A stretch of DNA of 64,000 nt from Candidatus Methylomirabilota bacterium (lineage in GTDB: Bacteria > Acidobacteriota > Thermoanaerobaculia > Thermoanaerobaculales > Sulfomarinibacteraceae). Below are positions 17,918-25,877 of this stretch, in pieces (position 1 is the first letter of the stretch; the number at the start of each line of letters is the position of its first letter). The notes under the pieces are model-generated. The model ran no database searches, was not told the origin of the DNA, and was given only the letters and a program-made list of their open reading frames with translations. The position numbers and the translations under genes were made by a program. The DNA is taken from assembly GCA_035464095.1 (NCBI GenBank), contig DATHSO010000198.1:12071-76070 (forward strand), written 5' to 3'.

Positions 17918-18621
17918 GTCGGCGTGTCCTCCTGAATCCAGAGCCGGCTCGCCAGTTCGACGGGCAGTCTCCTCGACTCCCCGGCAACGGTGATCCGCAC
18001 CTCGTGGGCGGAGTTTCGCACGACCTCGACCGCAACCCCCGGCACCAGGCCTAGCTTCGCGAGGCGGGCCAGGCGGTCGCCGGCCTGGGTGGCGACCCGG
18101 GCCAGGGTCCCCCGCGATCCGACCCGCATCCGCGCCAGAGTGGTCTCCTCCGGGGTCGGCGGCAGCCGAAGCTCGGCGTCCGGGATCGGGTCGCCGTGGG
18201 GGTCGTGGGTGGGGTGGCCCAGGGTCTCGGCCATGCGGGCCTCGAAGCGCTCCGAGATGACGTGCTCGAGACGCTCGGCCTCGTCGTGCACCTCGTCCCA
18301 GTCGTAGCCCAGGACCCGCTCCAGAAAGGTCTCCAGCAGGCGGTGGTGGCGGAGCATCTCCAGCGCCACCCGTCTGCCGTCCTCGGTGAGCCTCACACCC
18401 CGGTAGGGCTCGTGGCTGACCAGGCCGAGCTCAGCGAGGCGCTGGACCATGCCCGTCACGGACGCCGGACGAACCTCAAGGCGGCGCGACAGGTCCCGGG
18501 TCGACACCGCCCGGACACCCTCCCCGAGGAGAAAGATCTGCTTGAGGTAGTCCTCCTGCGCCGACGACAGGGGGCGTCGGCCGCGCGCTCGCTCCGGCTC
18601 GGGGGCCTCACTCTGTGACAT
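17914..18621 (-). CDS. DtxR/IdeR/MntR-family metal-dependent repressor with C-terminal FeoA/SH3-like domain
   Basis: 235 aa. The N-terminal wHTH (QEDYLKQIF...LSRRLEVRPASVTGMVQRLAELGLV), the metal-site region (HHRLLETFL...DEVHDEAERLEH) and the SH3-like tail are all present. The stop overlaps the SBP start (ATGA). Confidence 0.9.
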   Translation of the reverse strand: MSQSEAPEPERARGRRPLSSAQEDYLKQIFLLGEGVRAVSTRDLSRRLEVRPASVTGMVQRLAELGLVSHEPYRGVRLTEDGRRVALEMLRHHRLLETFLERVLGYDWDEVHDEAERLEHVISERFEARMAETLGHPTHDPHGDPIPDAELRLPPTPEETTLARMRVGSRGTLARVATQAGDRLARLAKLGLVPGVAVEVVRNSAHEVRITVAGESRRLPVELASRLWIQEDTPT

Positions 18622-18623
18622 TG

Positions 18624-18644
18624 TTTTTAGGCTAGGCTAAAAAA
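18624..18644. promoter_or_regulatory. DtxR-box-like AT-rich near-palindrome (candidate operator of the metal-uptake operon)
   Basis: TTTTTAGGCTAGGCTAAAAAA has symmetric arms TTTTAG.CTAG.CTAAAA with 2 mismatches. It starts 3 nt upstream of the repressor ATG and is strikingly AT-rich for this DNA. Confidence 0.55.
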
Positions 18645-18729
18645 CTGCCGATGACAAGTCCCATGCGCGTGTCGATCGGTCGTTCCTGCCGTGATTCTGG
18701 GCTATCATGCCCCGAGACGAGGAGGCACC

Positions 18730-19065
18730 GTGTGTGACAACGAGATGCTGATGAAGACCTGTCGCCCGATCCCGGCGGGGACCCCGCCGATCACCGGCCA
18801 CGAGCTCGAGCACCTGATCGGCCACACCGCCGGCTGGGAGGTGGTGGACGGCCAGCTGACCAAGACCTTCCAGTTCGAGGACCACTACCAGACCATGGCC
18901 TTCGCCAACGCGGTCGCCTGGGTCTCCCACCGCGAGGACCACCACCCGGAGCTGGTGGTGGGCTACAACAGCTGCAAGGTGTCGTACTCGACCCACTCCG
19001 TCGGGGGGCTGTCCGAGAACGACTTCATCTGCGCCGCCAACGTCGACCACCTGGTCGGCGACTGA
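18730..19065 (+). CDS. phhB: Pterin-4a-carbinolamine dehydratase
   Basis: REDHHPEL and ...THSVGGLSENDF motifs. GTG 18730 follows GAGGAGG; the ORF-track start at 18691 is the upstream alternative. Confidence 0.82.
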   Translation: MCDNEMLMKTCRPIPAGTPPITGHELEHLIGHTAGWEVVDGQLTKTFQFEDHYQTMAFANAVAWVSHREDHHPELVVGYNSCKVSYSTHSVGGLSENDFICAANVDHLVGD

Positions 19066-19085
19066 GCCATCCGAGGAGGGGGAAC

Positions 19086-19463
19086 ATGAAGTCCATCGCC
19101 GTCGTCGTTGCCTGCATCGCCATCGTCCTCGCAGTCGGCTGCAGCCCGGGGGAGGACCGTTACACTCAACACCAGGTCGACCTGACCGGCGCCTCGCCCC
19201 AGGAGGCCTACGTCGCCCTCAAATGCGCCAGCTGCCACGGGGCGGAGCTCGAAGGCCAGCGGACGGCGCCGGCACTCACCGGCCTCGGCGAGCGCTGGAC
19301 CGAGGACGAGCTGATCGCCTACCTGCGCGACCCCGCCGCGGTCCGGGCAGCGACGCCCCGCCTGGCCTACATGGCCGAGCAGTACGTCATCGACATGCCA
19401 GCCTACCCGCACACCGACGAGCAGGTGCTGAGCGACCTCGTGGGCTGGCTCCTGAGCAGCTGA
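19086..19463 (+). CDS. Monoheme c-type cytochrome lipoprotein
   Basis: 125 aa with a signal peptide and lipobox (LAVGC), a single CASCH haem motif, a distal Met region and a GAGGAGGGGG ribosome-binding site. Confidence 0.8.
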   Translation: MKSIAVVVACIAIVLAVGCSPGEDRYTQHQVDLTGASPQEAYVALKCASCHGAELEGQRTAPALTGLGERWTEDELIAYLRDPAAVRAATPRLAYMAEQYVIDMPAYPHTDEQVLSDLVGWLLSS

Positions 19464-19479
19464 GGCGAGGCCGGCGGTC

Positions 19480-19534
19480 AGCGTCGGCGACCAGAGACAG
19501 CGTCGGCGGTCAGCGTCGGCGATCAGCGTCCGCT
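19480..19534. repeat. Three and a half copies of CAGCGTCGGCG
   Basis: Copies at 19480-19490, 19499-19509 and 19512-19522, with a degenerate copy at 19525-19534. Located in the spacer between convergent genes. Confidence 0.7.
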
Positions 19535-19543
19535 CCCGGGTTC

Positions 19544-19610
19544 TGACACTGACCACTGCCGCTGTCACTGTCACTGTCACTGTCACTGCAGCTGCCACTG
19601 TCGCTGACCC
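19544..19610. repeat. Hexanucleotide array of CTG-NNN units including 4 consecutive CTGTCA
   Basis: CTGACA CTGACC ... CTGTCA x4, CTGCAG, CTGCCA, CTGTCG, CTGACC. Same unit family as 13854-13934. Followed by the hairpin TGATGCGC-GCA-GCGCATCA (19619-19637). Confidence 0.75.
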
Positions 19611-19687
19611 GGCCCCGTGATGCGCGCAGCGCATCATGAGCAGCGGGCGCCGCCCGGTCGCCGCAGGCGGCCCGGCGGCGCTCGCTG

Positions 19688-19894
19688 CTACGCCTTGACC
19701 GCCGCCGGTCCCCGCAGCAGCCGCGCCGGCAGGGTCAGGAGCGCGTGCAGCAGCTTGAACACCGCGTCGACGGTGATGCCGATGAGCCTGAAAGGCAGGA
19801 GCAGCAGCCACACTAGGGGGTACAGCACCAGGGCGAGCAGGGCCAGGGGCCAGGACACCACCAGGAGAATCAGCCACAGGATGAAGGTCCACAT
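19688..19894 (-). CDS. Small hydrophobic protein (68 aa, about 2 TM helices)
   Basis: ATG 19894 follows GGAGG. The sequence MWTFILWLILLVVSWPLALLALVLYPLVWLLLLPF... is strongly hydrophobic. No family was recognised. Confidence 0.5.
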   Translation of the reverse strand: MWTFILWLILLVVSWPLALLALVLYPLVWLLLLPFRLIGITVDAVFKLLHALLTLPARLLRGPAAVKA

Positions 19895-20098
19895 CGTCTC
19901 TCGCCTCCATGGTGAAGTACGCAACTTCGTAGACCGCGGTTCGCTCAGGCGCGGCGAGGGGCAGCAGGGACGCGACCGCGGCAGCGGCAAGATCCCACGA
20001 AGCATCGCATCATCGACCCGGGCCACAGCATCCGGAACGGTCAGTTCGGAATGGAAAACAGAACACTCTGCGATGGGTTCAAAGACACCTTTGTGGGA

Positions 20099-20125
20099 CC
20101 TTCGTGGTCCTTCGTGCTCTTCGTG
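20099..20125. repeat. Three direct CTTCGTG repeats at 9-10-nt spacing
   Basis: CCTTCGTG-GTCCTTCGTG-CTCTTCGTG lies about 90 nt upstream of the cNMP-aspartase start, in a locally lower-GC spacer. Confidence 0.5.
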
Positions 20126-20210
20126 TTTCAAACTGCGATGTTTACGTCCTTGCGGTTCAGATGCCTTCCTCACGAGTCGTGCTAGCGTGGCGGCCGGAGG
20201 TGCGCGCGAG

Positions 20211-22079
20211 ATGAACGAGACCATCGAGCTCCTGCAGACCTGCGAGATTCTGGGCGGCCTCGACCGCCCGCTGCTGGAGATGCTGGCCGGCATCGCCGAG
20301 CGGCGCCGCTTCGCCCTCGGCGACGCCCTTTTCGCCAGTGGCGACCAGCGCGAGCTGTTTTGGCTCCTGGTGTCCGGCCATGTCGAGGTCCGGGTCGAAA
20401 GCGGGGACGCCGCCGGCACCGTGGTCATCCTCGGCCCGGGGGACTCGCTGGGCGAGGCCGGCCTGCTCGAGCCGGGCATCCACTCCGCCACCGCCCGGGC
20501 CGCCAGCGCGGTCGAGGCCCTCGAGCTGCCGGTGGCCGCGATCCGCCGCCGCCTCGGGGACGACGCGGCCGCCGCCATGCAGCTCTTCGCCGCGGTGGCG
20601 AGGGTGATGGTGCGGCGGCTCCAGTACTCGAGCTCGCGGCGCGCCGGCTGGGAGCTGGTCTACCGCCCGGGCGCCACCCGCACCGAGCACGACCTGCTGG
20701 GCGAGCGCGAGGTTCCCGCCGATGCCCTCTATGGCGTCCAGACCCTGCGGGCGGTGGAGAACTTCCCGATCACCGGCATCCGCCTCGGCCACTTCCCGCA
20801 CCTGATCCGCGCCCTCGCCATGGTCAAGCAGGCCGCCGCCCGCGCCAACCGCCGGCTCGGCCTGCTCGAGCCGGAGATCGCCGACGCCGTCGACCGGACG
20901 TGCTCGGAGATCGTCGACGGCCACTGGCACGGCCACTTCGTGGTCGACGTGGTCCAGGGCGGCGCTGGAACCTCCACCAACATGAACGCCAACGAGGTCA
21001 TCGCCAACCGAGCCCTCGAGCTCCTCGGCCACGAACGCGGCGACTACCGCCACTGCCACCCCAACAACCACGTCAACCTGTCCCAGTCCACCAACGACGC
21101 CTACCCGACTGCGGTTCGGGTGGCGGTGGTGCTCGAGCTGGCCGACCTGCTCGCCGCCCTGCGGGGCCTCGAGGCGGCGCTCCGCGCCAAGGCCGTCGAG
21201 TTCACCGTGGTCCTCAAGATGGGTCGCACCCAGCTCCAGGACGCGGTCCCCATGACCCTGGGCCAGGAGTTCGAGGCCTTCGCGGTCACCACCGCCGAGG
21301 ACATCGCCCGGCTCGAGGAGACGGCCCGGCTCTTTTTGGAGGTCAACCTCGGCGGCACCGCCATCGGCACCGGCATCAACGCCGACCCCAGGTACCCCGA
21401 GCTCGCGGTGGCCGAGCTCGCCGCCATCACCGGCCTCGACCTGGTGCTGGCGCCCAACCTCGTGGAGGCAACCCCGGACACCGGCGCCTTCGTGATGTTC
21501 TCGGGGGTGCTCAAGCGCGTCGCGGTCAAGCTCTCCAAGCTGTGCAACGACCTCCGGCTGCTGTCGTCGGGCCCGCGCTGCGGCCTCAACGAGATCAACC
21601 TGCCGGCGGTTCAGCCGGGCTCGTCCATCATGCCCGGCAAGGTCAACCCGGTGATCCCGGAGGTGGTCAACCAGGTCGCCTTCCAGGTCATCGGCAACGA
21701 CCTCACCATCACCCTCGCCGCCGAGGCCGGTCAGCTCCAGCTCAACGTCATGGAGCCGATCATCAGCTTCGCCACCTTCGAGTCCCTGGACATGCTGACG
21801 GCGGGGGTCAAGACCCTCACCGAGCGCTGCATCCGCGGCATCACGGCCAACGCCGAGCGCTGCCGCGACATGGTCGAGGGCTCCATCGGGCTGGTGACGG
21901 CGGTGGTCCCGGCCGTGGGCTACGAGCTCGCCTCGGAGGTCGCCAAGGAGGCCCTGGCCAGCGGCCGGCCGGTGCGGGAGCTCCTCATGGAGCGGGGCGT
22001 CCTGTCGGCCGAGGAGCTCGACCGGCTGCTGTCGCCGGAGGCCATGACCGCGCCCCGATCCCTGATCACCGACCCCTGA
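20211..22079 (+). CDS. aspA: Cyclic-nucleotide-binding domain fused to aspartate ammonia-lyase
   Basis: 622 aa. The N-terminal roughly 140 aa form a cNMP-binding fold (LFASGD...FWLLVSGHVEV...GPGDSLGEAGLL...HSATARA). The rest is class II lyase with GGAGTSTNMNANEV, SQSTNDAYPTA and GSSIMPGKVNPVIPE, closest in pattern to AspA. Confidence 0.88.
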   Translation: MNETIELLQTCEILGGLDRPLLEMLAGIAERRRFALGDALFASGDQRELFWLLVSGHVEVRVESGDAAGTVVILGPGDSLGEAGLLEPGIHSATARAASAVEALELPVAAIRRRLGDDAAAAMQLFAAVARVMVRRLQYSSSRRAGWELVYRPGATRTEHDLLGEREVPADALYGVQTLRAVENFPITGIRLGHFPHLIRALAMVKQAAARANRRLGLLEPEIADAVDRTCSEIVDGHWHGHFVVDVVQGGAGTSTNMNANEVIANRALELLGHERGDYRHCHPNNHVNLSQSTNDAYPTAVRVAVVLELADLLAALRGLEAALRAKAVEFTVVLKMGRTQLQDAVPMTLGQEFEAFAVTTAEDIARLEETARLFLEVNLGGTAIGTGINADPRYPELAVAELAAITGLDLVLAPNLVEATPDTGAFVMFSGVLKRVAVKLSKLCNDLRLLSSGPRCGLNEINLPAVQPGSSIMPGKVNPVIPEVVNQVAFQVIGNDLTITLAAEAGQLQLNVMEPIISFATFESLDMLTAGVKTLTERCIRGITANAERCRDMVEGSIGLVTAVVPAVGYELASEVAKEALASGRPVRELLMERGVLSAEELDRLLSPEAMTAPRSLITDP

Positions 22080-22080
22080 T

Positions 22081-22129
22081 CACCACGCACCACTCACGAC
22101 TCACCACTCACTACTCACTACTCACTGAT
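22081..22129. repeat. Heptanucleotide array, 7 units of CAC-NNNN (CACCACT/CACTACT)
   Basis: CACCACG CACCACT CACGACT CACCACT CACTACT CACTACT CACTGAT starts 2 nt after the aspA stop and ends at a CACTGA...TCAGTG hairpin overlapping the convergent stop. Confidence 0.75.
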
Positions 22130-22135
22130 TCCCGG

Positions 22136-23107
22136 TCAGTGGACCCCTTCGCCGTCGCCGTCGAGCAGAGCCAGGAACTCGCCGACCACGGCCGTGTCCC
22201 AGAATCCCCGCGCGGTCTCGTCCCGGACCACCTCGACGGCCTCCGACATCGGCATCGCCGAGCGGTAGCAGCGGTCGACGGTCAGGGCGTCGAACACGTC
22301 CACCACCTGGAAGACCCGGGCAATGAGGGGGATGTCCTCGCCCACCAGCCCGTCGGGGTAGCCGGAGCCGTCGAAGCGCTCGTGGTGGTGGCGGATCAGG
22401 GGCAGCACCGGCTGCAGGCTGCGCAGGGGCGAGCAGATCTCGACCCCGATCTCCACGTGTCGCTTCATGACCTCCCACTCCGGCGCGGTCAGCTTGCCGG
22501 GTTTGAGGAGGACCGAGTCGGGGATGCCGATCTTGCCGAGGTCGTGGAGGTAGGCGCCCCGGCGCAGAGCGGTCAGCCACTCGGGGCCGAGGCCCAGCCG
22601 CTCCCCGAGCCGGACGCCGAGCTCGGCGAGCCGCTCGCAGTGGTCGCCCGTGTCCTGGTCGCGAGCCTCGACCACCCGGGCGATGGAAAAAACCATCTGC
22701 TCGGCCGAGTCGAGCTCGGTGGTCAGGCGGCGGAAGTTGACCAGGTTGCGCACCCGGACCTCGAGCTCCACCAGGTCGCAGGGCTTGTTGAGGAAATCGG
22801 TGGCGCCGGCCTCCAGCCCCTCCAGCCGCGCCCGTCGCGAGCCGTGGCCGGTGAGGAAGACCACGGGTACCAGCATCATCGTGGGATCGGCCTTGAGCTG
22901 GCGGCAGACCTCGAAGCCGTCCATGCCCGGCATCTGAACGTCGAGGAGGACCACGTCCGGCTGACGGTCGCGGGCCAGGTCGAGGGCCGTCGCCCCGCTC
23001 GCCGCCTGGACGACCTCGAAGCCCAGGGTCCCCAGGGCGTCGGCCAGGGCCGAGAGCGCTCCCGGATCGTCATCGACCGCGAGCACGGTACCGCGGGTTT
23101 CGCTCAT
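22136..23107 (-). CDS. Response regulator with HD-GYP output domain (RpfG-like c-di-GMP phosphodiesterase)
   Basis: Receiver (VLAVDDD...LLDVQMPGMDG...). HD-GYP signature: YLHDLGKIGIP, HHERFDGSGYPDGL. Confidence 0.92.
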   Translation of the reverse strand: MSETRGTVLAVDDDPGALSALADALGTLGFEVVQAASGATALDLARDRQPDVVLLDVQMPGMDGFEVCRQLKADPTMMLVPVVFLTGHGSRRARLEGLEAGATDFLNKPCDLVELEVRVRNLVNFRRLTTELDSAEQMVFSIARVVEARDQDTGDHCERLAELGVRLGERLGLGPEWLTALRRGAYLHDLGKIGIPDSVLLKPGKLTAPEWEVMKRHVEIGVEICSPLRSLQPVLPLIRHHHERFDGSGYPDGLVGEDIPLIARVFQVVDVFDALTVDRCYRSAMPMSEAVEVVRDETARGFWDTAVVGEFLALLDGDGEGVH

Positions 23108-23252
23108 CCTCTGCCCCCGTCACCAATCCTAGCAGCTTCCACCCCCGGCTCGGCGTGATTGACCGCACCACCGGCGGCCGCGGGGCCGGCGCCTGGTGTG
23201 TTAGACTCCGTGGCCGTCCCAGGCTCTCGCGGACGCCAGGAGAGGTGACAGC

Positions 23253-24128
23253 ATGAAGGGACTCGTCCTCGCCGGCGGCGCCGGCACCCGGCTCCACCCC
23301 GTCACCCGGGTGGTGAGCAAGCAGCTGCTCCCGGTCTACGACAAGCCCATGGTCTACTATCCCCTGAGCCTGCTCATGCTGGCCGGCATCCGCGAGGTGC
23401 TGATCATCTCCACGCCCCAGGACCTGCCGAGCTACCGCGAGCTGCTCGGCGACGGCAGCCGGATCGGCATGGAGCTCGCCTACTGCGAGCAGCCGCGGCC
23501 CGAAGGCCTTGCCCAGGCCTTCATCCTGGGACGCGACTTCCTCGCCGGCGGGCCGGCGTGCCTGGTGCTCGGCGACAACATCCTCTACGGGCACGGGCTG
23601 TCGGGCCTGCTGCGGCGATCTGCCCAGCTGACCAGCGGCGCCCGGATCTTCGGCTACTGGGTGCGCGACCCGCGAAGCTACGGGGTCGTGGAGTTCGACG
23701 GCGACGGCCGGGCGATCTCGCTCGAGGAGAAGCCCGCCCAGCCGCGCAGCCACTACGCGGTACCGGGGCTCTACTTCTACGGCCCCGACGTCTGCGAGCT
23801 CGCGGCCGGTCTGGGACCGAGTGCCCGCGGCGAGCTCGAGATCACCGACCTCAACCGGATCTACCTCGATCGAGGCGAGCTCGAGGTCGAGCTCCTGGGC
23901 CGGGGCTTCGCCTGGCTCGACGCCGGCACCCACAAGAGCCTGCTCGAGGCCTCGAGCTTCATCCAGGCCATCGAGGAGCGCCAGGGCCTCAAGGTCGGCT
24001 GCCTGCAGGAGATCGCCTGGCGCAACGGCTGGATCGACACCGAGGCCTTCCGGCGCGAGGTCGAGGCCGCCGGCAGCTCGAGCTACGGCGACTACCTGCG
24101 CGAGGCGCTGAACCGGGTGGAAGGCTGA
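23253..24128 (+). CDS. rfbA: Glucose-1-phosphate thymidylyltransferase
   Basis: [27 protein letters not shown] and LGDNI motifs; 291 aa. Confidence 0.95.
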   Translation: MKGLVLAGGAGTRLHPVTRVVSKQLLPVYDKPMVYYPLSLLMLAGIREVLIISTPQDLPSYRELLGDGSRIGMELAYCEQPRPEGLAQAFILGRDFLAGGPACLVLGDNILYGHGLSGLLRRSAQLTSGARIFGYWVRDPRSYGVVEFDGDGRAISLEEKPAQPRSHYAVPGLYFYGPDVCELAAGLGPSARGELEITDLNRIYLDRGELEVELLGRGFAWLDAGTHKSLLEASSFIQAIEERQGLKVGCLQEIAWRNGWIDTEAFRREVEAAGSSSYGDYLREALNRVEG

Positions 24129-24692
24129 ATGCGACGGATCGAGACCGACATCCCCGGGGTCGTCCTCGTCGAGCCGGTGATCCACGGCGACCACCGCGGC
24201 TTCTTCATGGAGAGCTACCACGAGCAGCGCCTCGCCGAGCTCGGCATCGAGCACCGCTTCGTCCAGGACAACCACTCGCGCTCGCGACTCGGGGTGCTGC
24301 GCGGCCTCCACTACCAGCTCGGCCGGCCGCAGGCGAAGCTGGTGCGGGCGACGCGGGGTCGGGTCTGGGACGTGGTGGTCGACCTGCGCCGCGGCAGCCC
24401 CACCTTCGGCCGCTGGCTCGGCGTCGAGCTGTCCGAGGCCAACCAGCTCATGCTGTTCGCCCCCGAGGGCTTCGGCCACGGCTTTCTGGTCCTGTCCGAG
24501 CTCGCCGAGTTCCAGTACAAGTGCTCCGACTACTACGCTCCGGACGAGGAGCGGGGGATCCGCTGGGACGATCCAACCCTCGCCATCGGCTGGCCCGTCG
24601 GCGGCGTCGAGCCGATCCTGTCCGAGCGCGACCGCGGCTGGCCGGCCCTGGCCGAGGCCGCCGACGACGACCTACCGAGGTATCAGGAGTGA
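24129..24692 (+). CDS. rfbC: dTDP-4-dehydrorhamnose 3,5-epimerase
   Basis: 187 aa with [15 protein letters not shown] and PEGFGHGF motifs. The ATG directly follows the rfbA stop. Confidence 0.95.
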   Translation: MRRIETDIPGVVLVEPVIHGDHRGFFMESYHEQRLAELGIEHRFVQDNHSRSRLGVLRGLHYQLGRPQAKLVRATRGRVWDVVVDLRRGSPTFGRWLGVELSEANQLMLFAPEGFGHGFLVLSELAEFQYKCSDYYAPDEERGIRWDDPTLAIGWPVGGVEPILSERDRGWPALAEAADDDLPRYQE

Positions 24693-25774
24693 CGACCTCC
24701 CACCACCCCCTCTCCATGCTCGTGACCGGCGGCGCCGGCTTCATCGGCAGCAACTTCCTCCGCACCGCCCTGGCCGCCGACCGGAAGCTCCGGCTGGTCA
24801 ACCTGGACGCGCTGACCTACGCCGGCCACGAGGCGAGCCAGCGCGACGTGGCCGCCGCCCACCCCGACCGCTACCTCTTCGTCCGGGGCGACGTCCGCGA
24901 CGCCGAGTTGGTGCGCCGGCTCGTGGTCGAGCACGACGTGGACACGGTGGTGCACTTCGCCGCCGAGAGCCACGTCGACCGCTCCATCGACGGCCCTCTC
25001 GACTTCATCGACACCAACGTCCGCGGCACCGCCAACCTCCTCGAGGCGGCCCGCGCCCACTGGCGGGACCGGCGCGACGTCCGCTTCCACCACGTCTCCA
25101 CCGACGAGGTCTTCGGCTCCCTCGGGCCCGCCGGGCTGTTCACCGAGGACACGCCCTACGACCCGTCGAGCCCGTACTCGGCCTCCAAGGCGGCGTCCGA
25201 TCACCTGGTGCGGTCATGGCACCGGACCTACGGTCTGCCGGTCACCATCTCCAACTGCTCCAACAACTACGGCCCCTACCAGTTCCCCGAGAAGCTGATC
25301 CCGCTGATGATCGCCAATGCCCTCGCCGACCGGCCGCTTCCGGTCTACGGCGACGGCTCCAACATCCGCGACTGGCTGTATGTCGCGGACCACTGCCGGG
25401 CCGTCGACCTGGTGGTCCGCCGGGGCGAGCCGGGACGCACCTACAACGTGGGCGGCCATGCGGAGCGCAGCAACCTCGAGGTGGTCCACACCGTGTGCGA
25501 CCTCCTCGACGAGCTCGTGCCGAGGCCCGGTGGCGGCAGCCGCCGCGACCTGGTCACCTTCGTCGCCGACCGGCCGGGCCACGACCTCCGCTACGCCATC
25601 GACGCGTCGCGCATCGGCGCCGAGCTCGGCTGGTCGCCGGACCACGACTTCGCCGACGGATTGCGGGCAACCGTCGAGTGGTACCTCGCCAATCGGGCCT
25701 GGTGCGACGAGGTCACCCGCGACCGCTACTCGGGCGAGAGGCTGGGGCTCTCATCCCAGAATTCTCAATTATGA
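24689..25774 (+). CDS. rfbB: dTDP-glucose 4,6-dehydratase
   Basis: [22 protein letters not shown] (YxxxK) and [19 protein letters not shown] motifs. GTG 24689 overlaps the rfbC stop; an alternative ATG lies about 27 nt downstream. The stop codon lies inside the heptamer repeat element. Confidence 0.93.
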   Translation: MTTSHHPLSMLVTGGAGFIGSNFLRTALAADRKLRLVNLDALTYAGHEASQRDVAAAHPDRYLFVRGDVRDAELVRRLVVEHDVDTVVHFAAESHVDRSIDGPLDFIDTNVRGTANLLEAARAHWRDRRDVRFHHVSTDEVFGSLGPAGLFTEDTPYDPSSPYSASKAASDHLVRSWHRTYGLPVTISNCSNNYGPYQFPEKLIPLMIANALADRPLPVYGDGSNIRDWLYVADHCRAVDLVVRRGEPGRTYNVGGHAERSNLEVVHTVCDLLDELVPRPGGGSRRDLVTFVADRPGHDLRYAIDASRIGAELGWSPDHDFADGLRATVEWYLANRAWCDEVTRDRYSGERLGLSSQNSQL

Positions 25775-25877
25775 ATTATGAATTATGAATTATGAATTTC
25801 ATCGCATTCATCCCTCAAGGTGAAAGCGAAATCTCGTGCGATGACCATTCAAAATTTAGAATTCAGAATTGAGAATT
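25760..25877. repeat. AT-rich heptamer inverted-repeat element, copy 2
   Basis: AATTCTC, AATTATG x4, AATTTCATCGCA, a 30-nt loop, TGCGATGACCATT, then CAAAATT TAGAATT CAGAATT GAGAATT. It contains the stop codons of both convergent genes (TGA 25772-25774, TAA 25876-25878). Confidence 0.85.
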
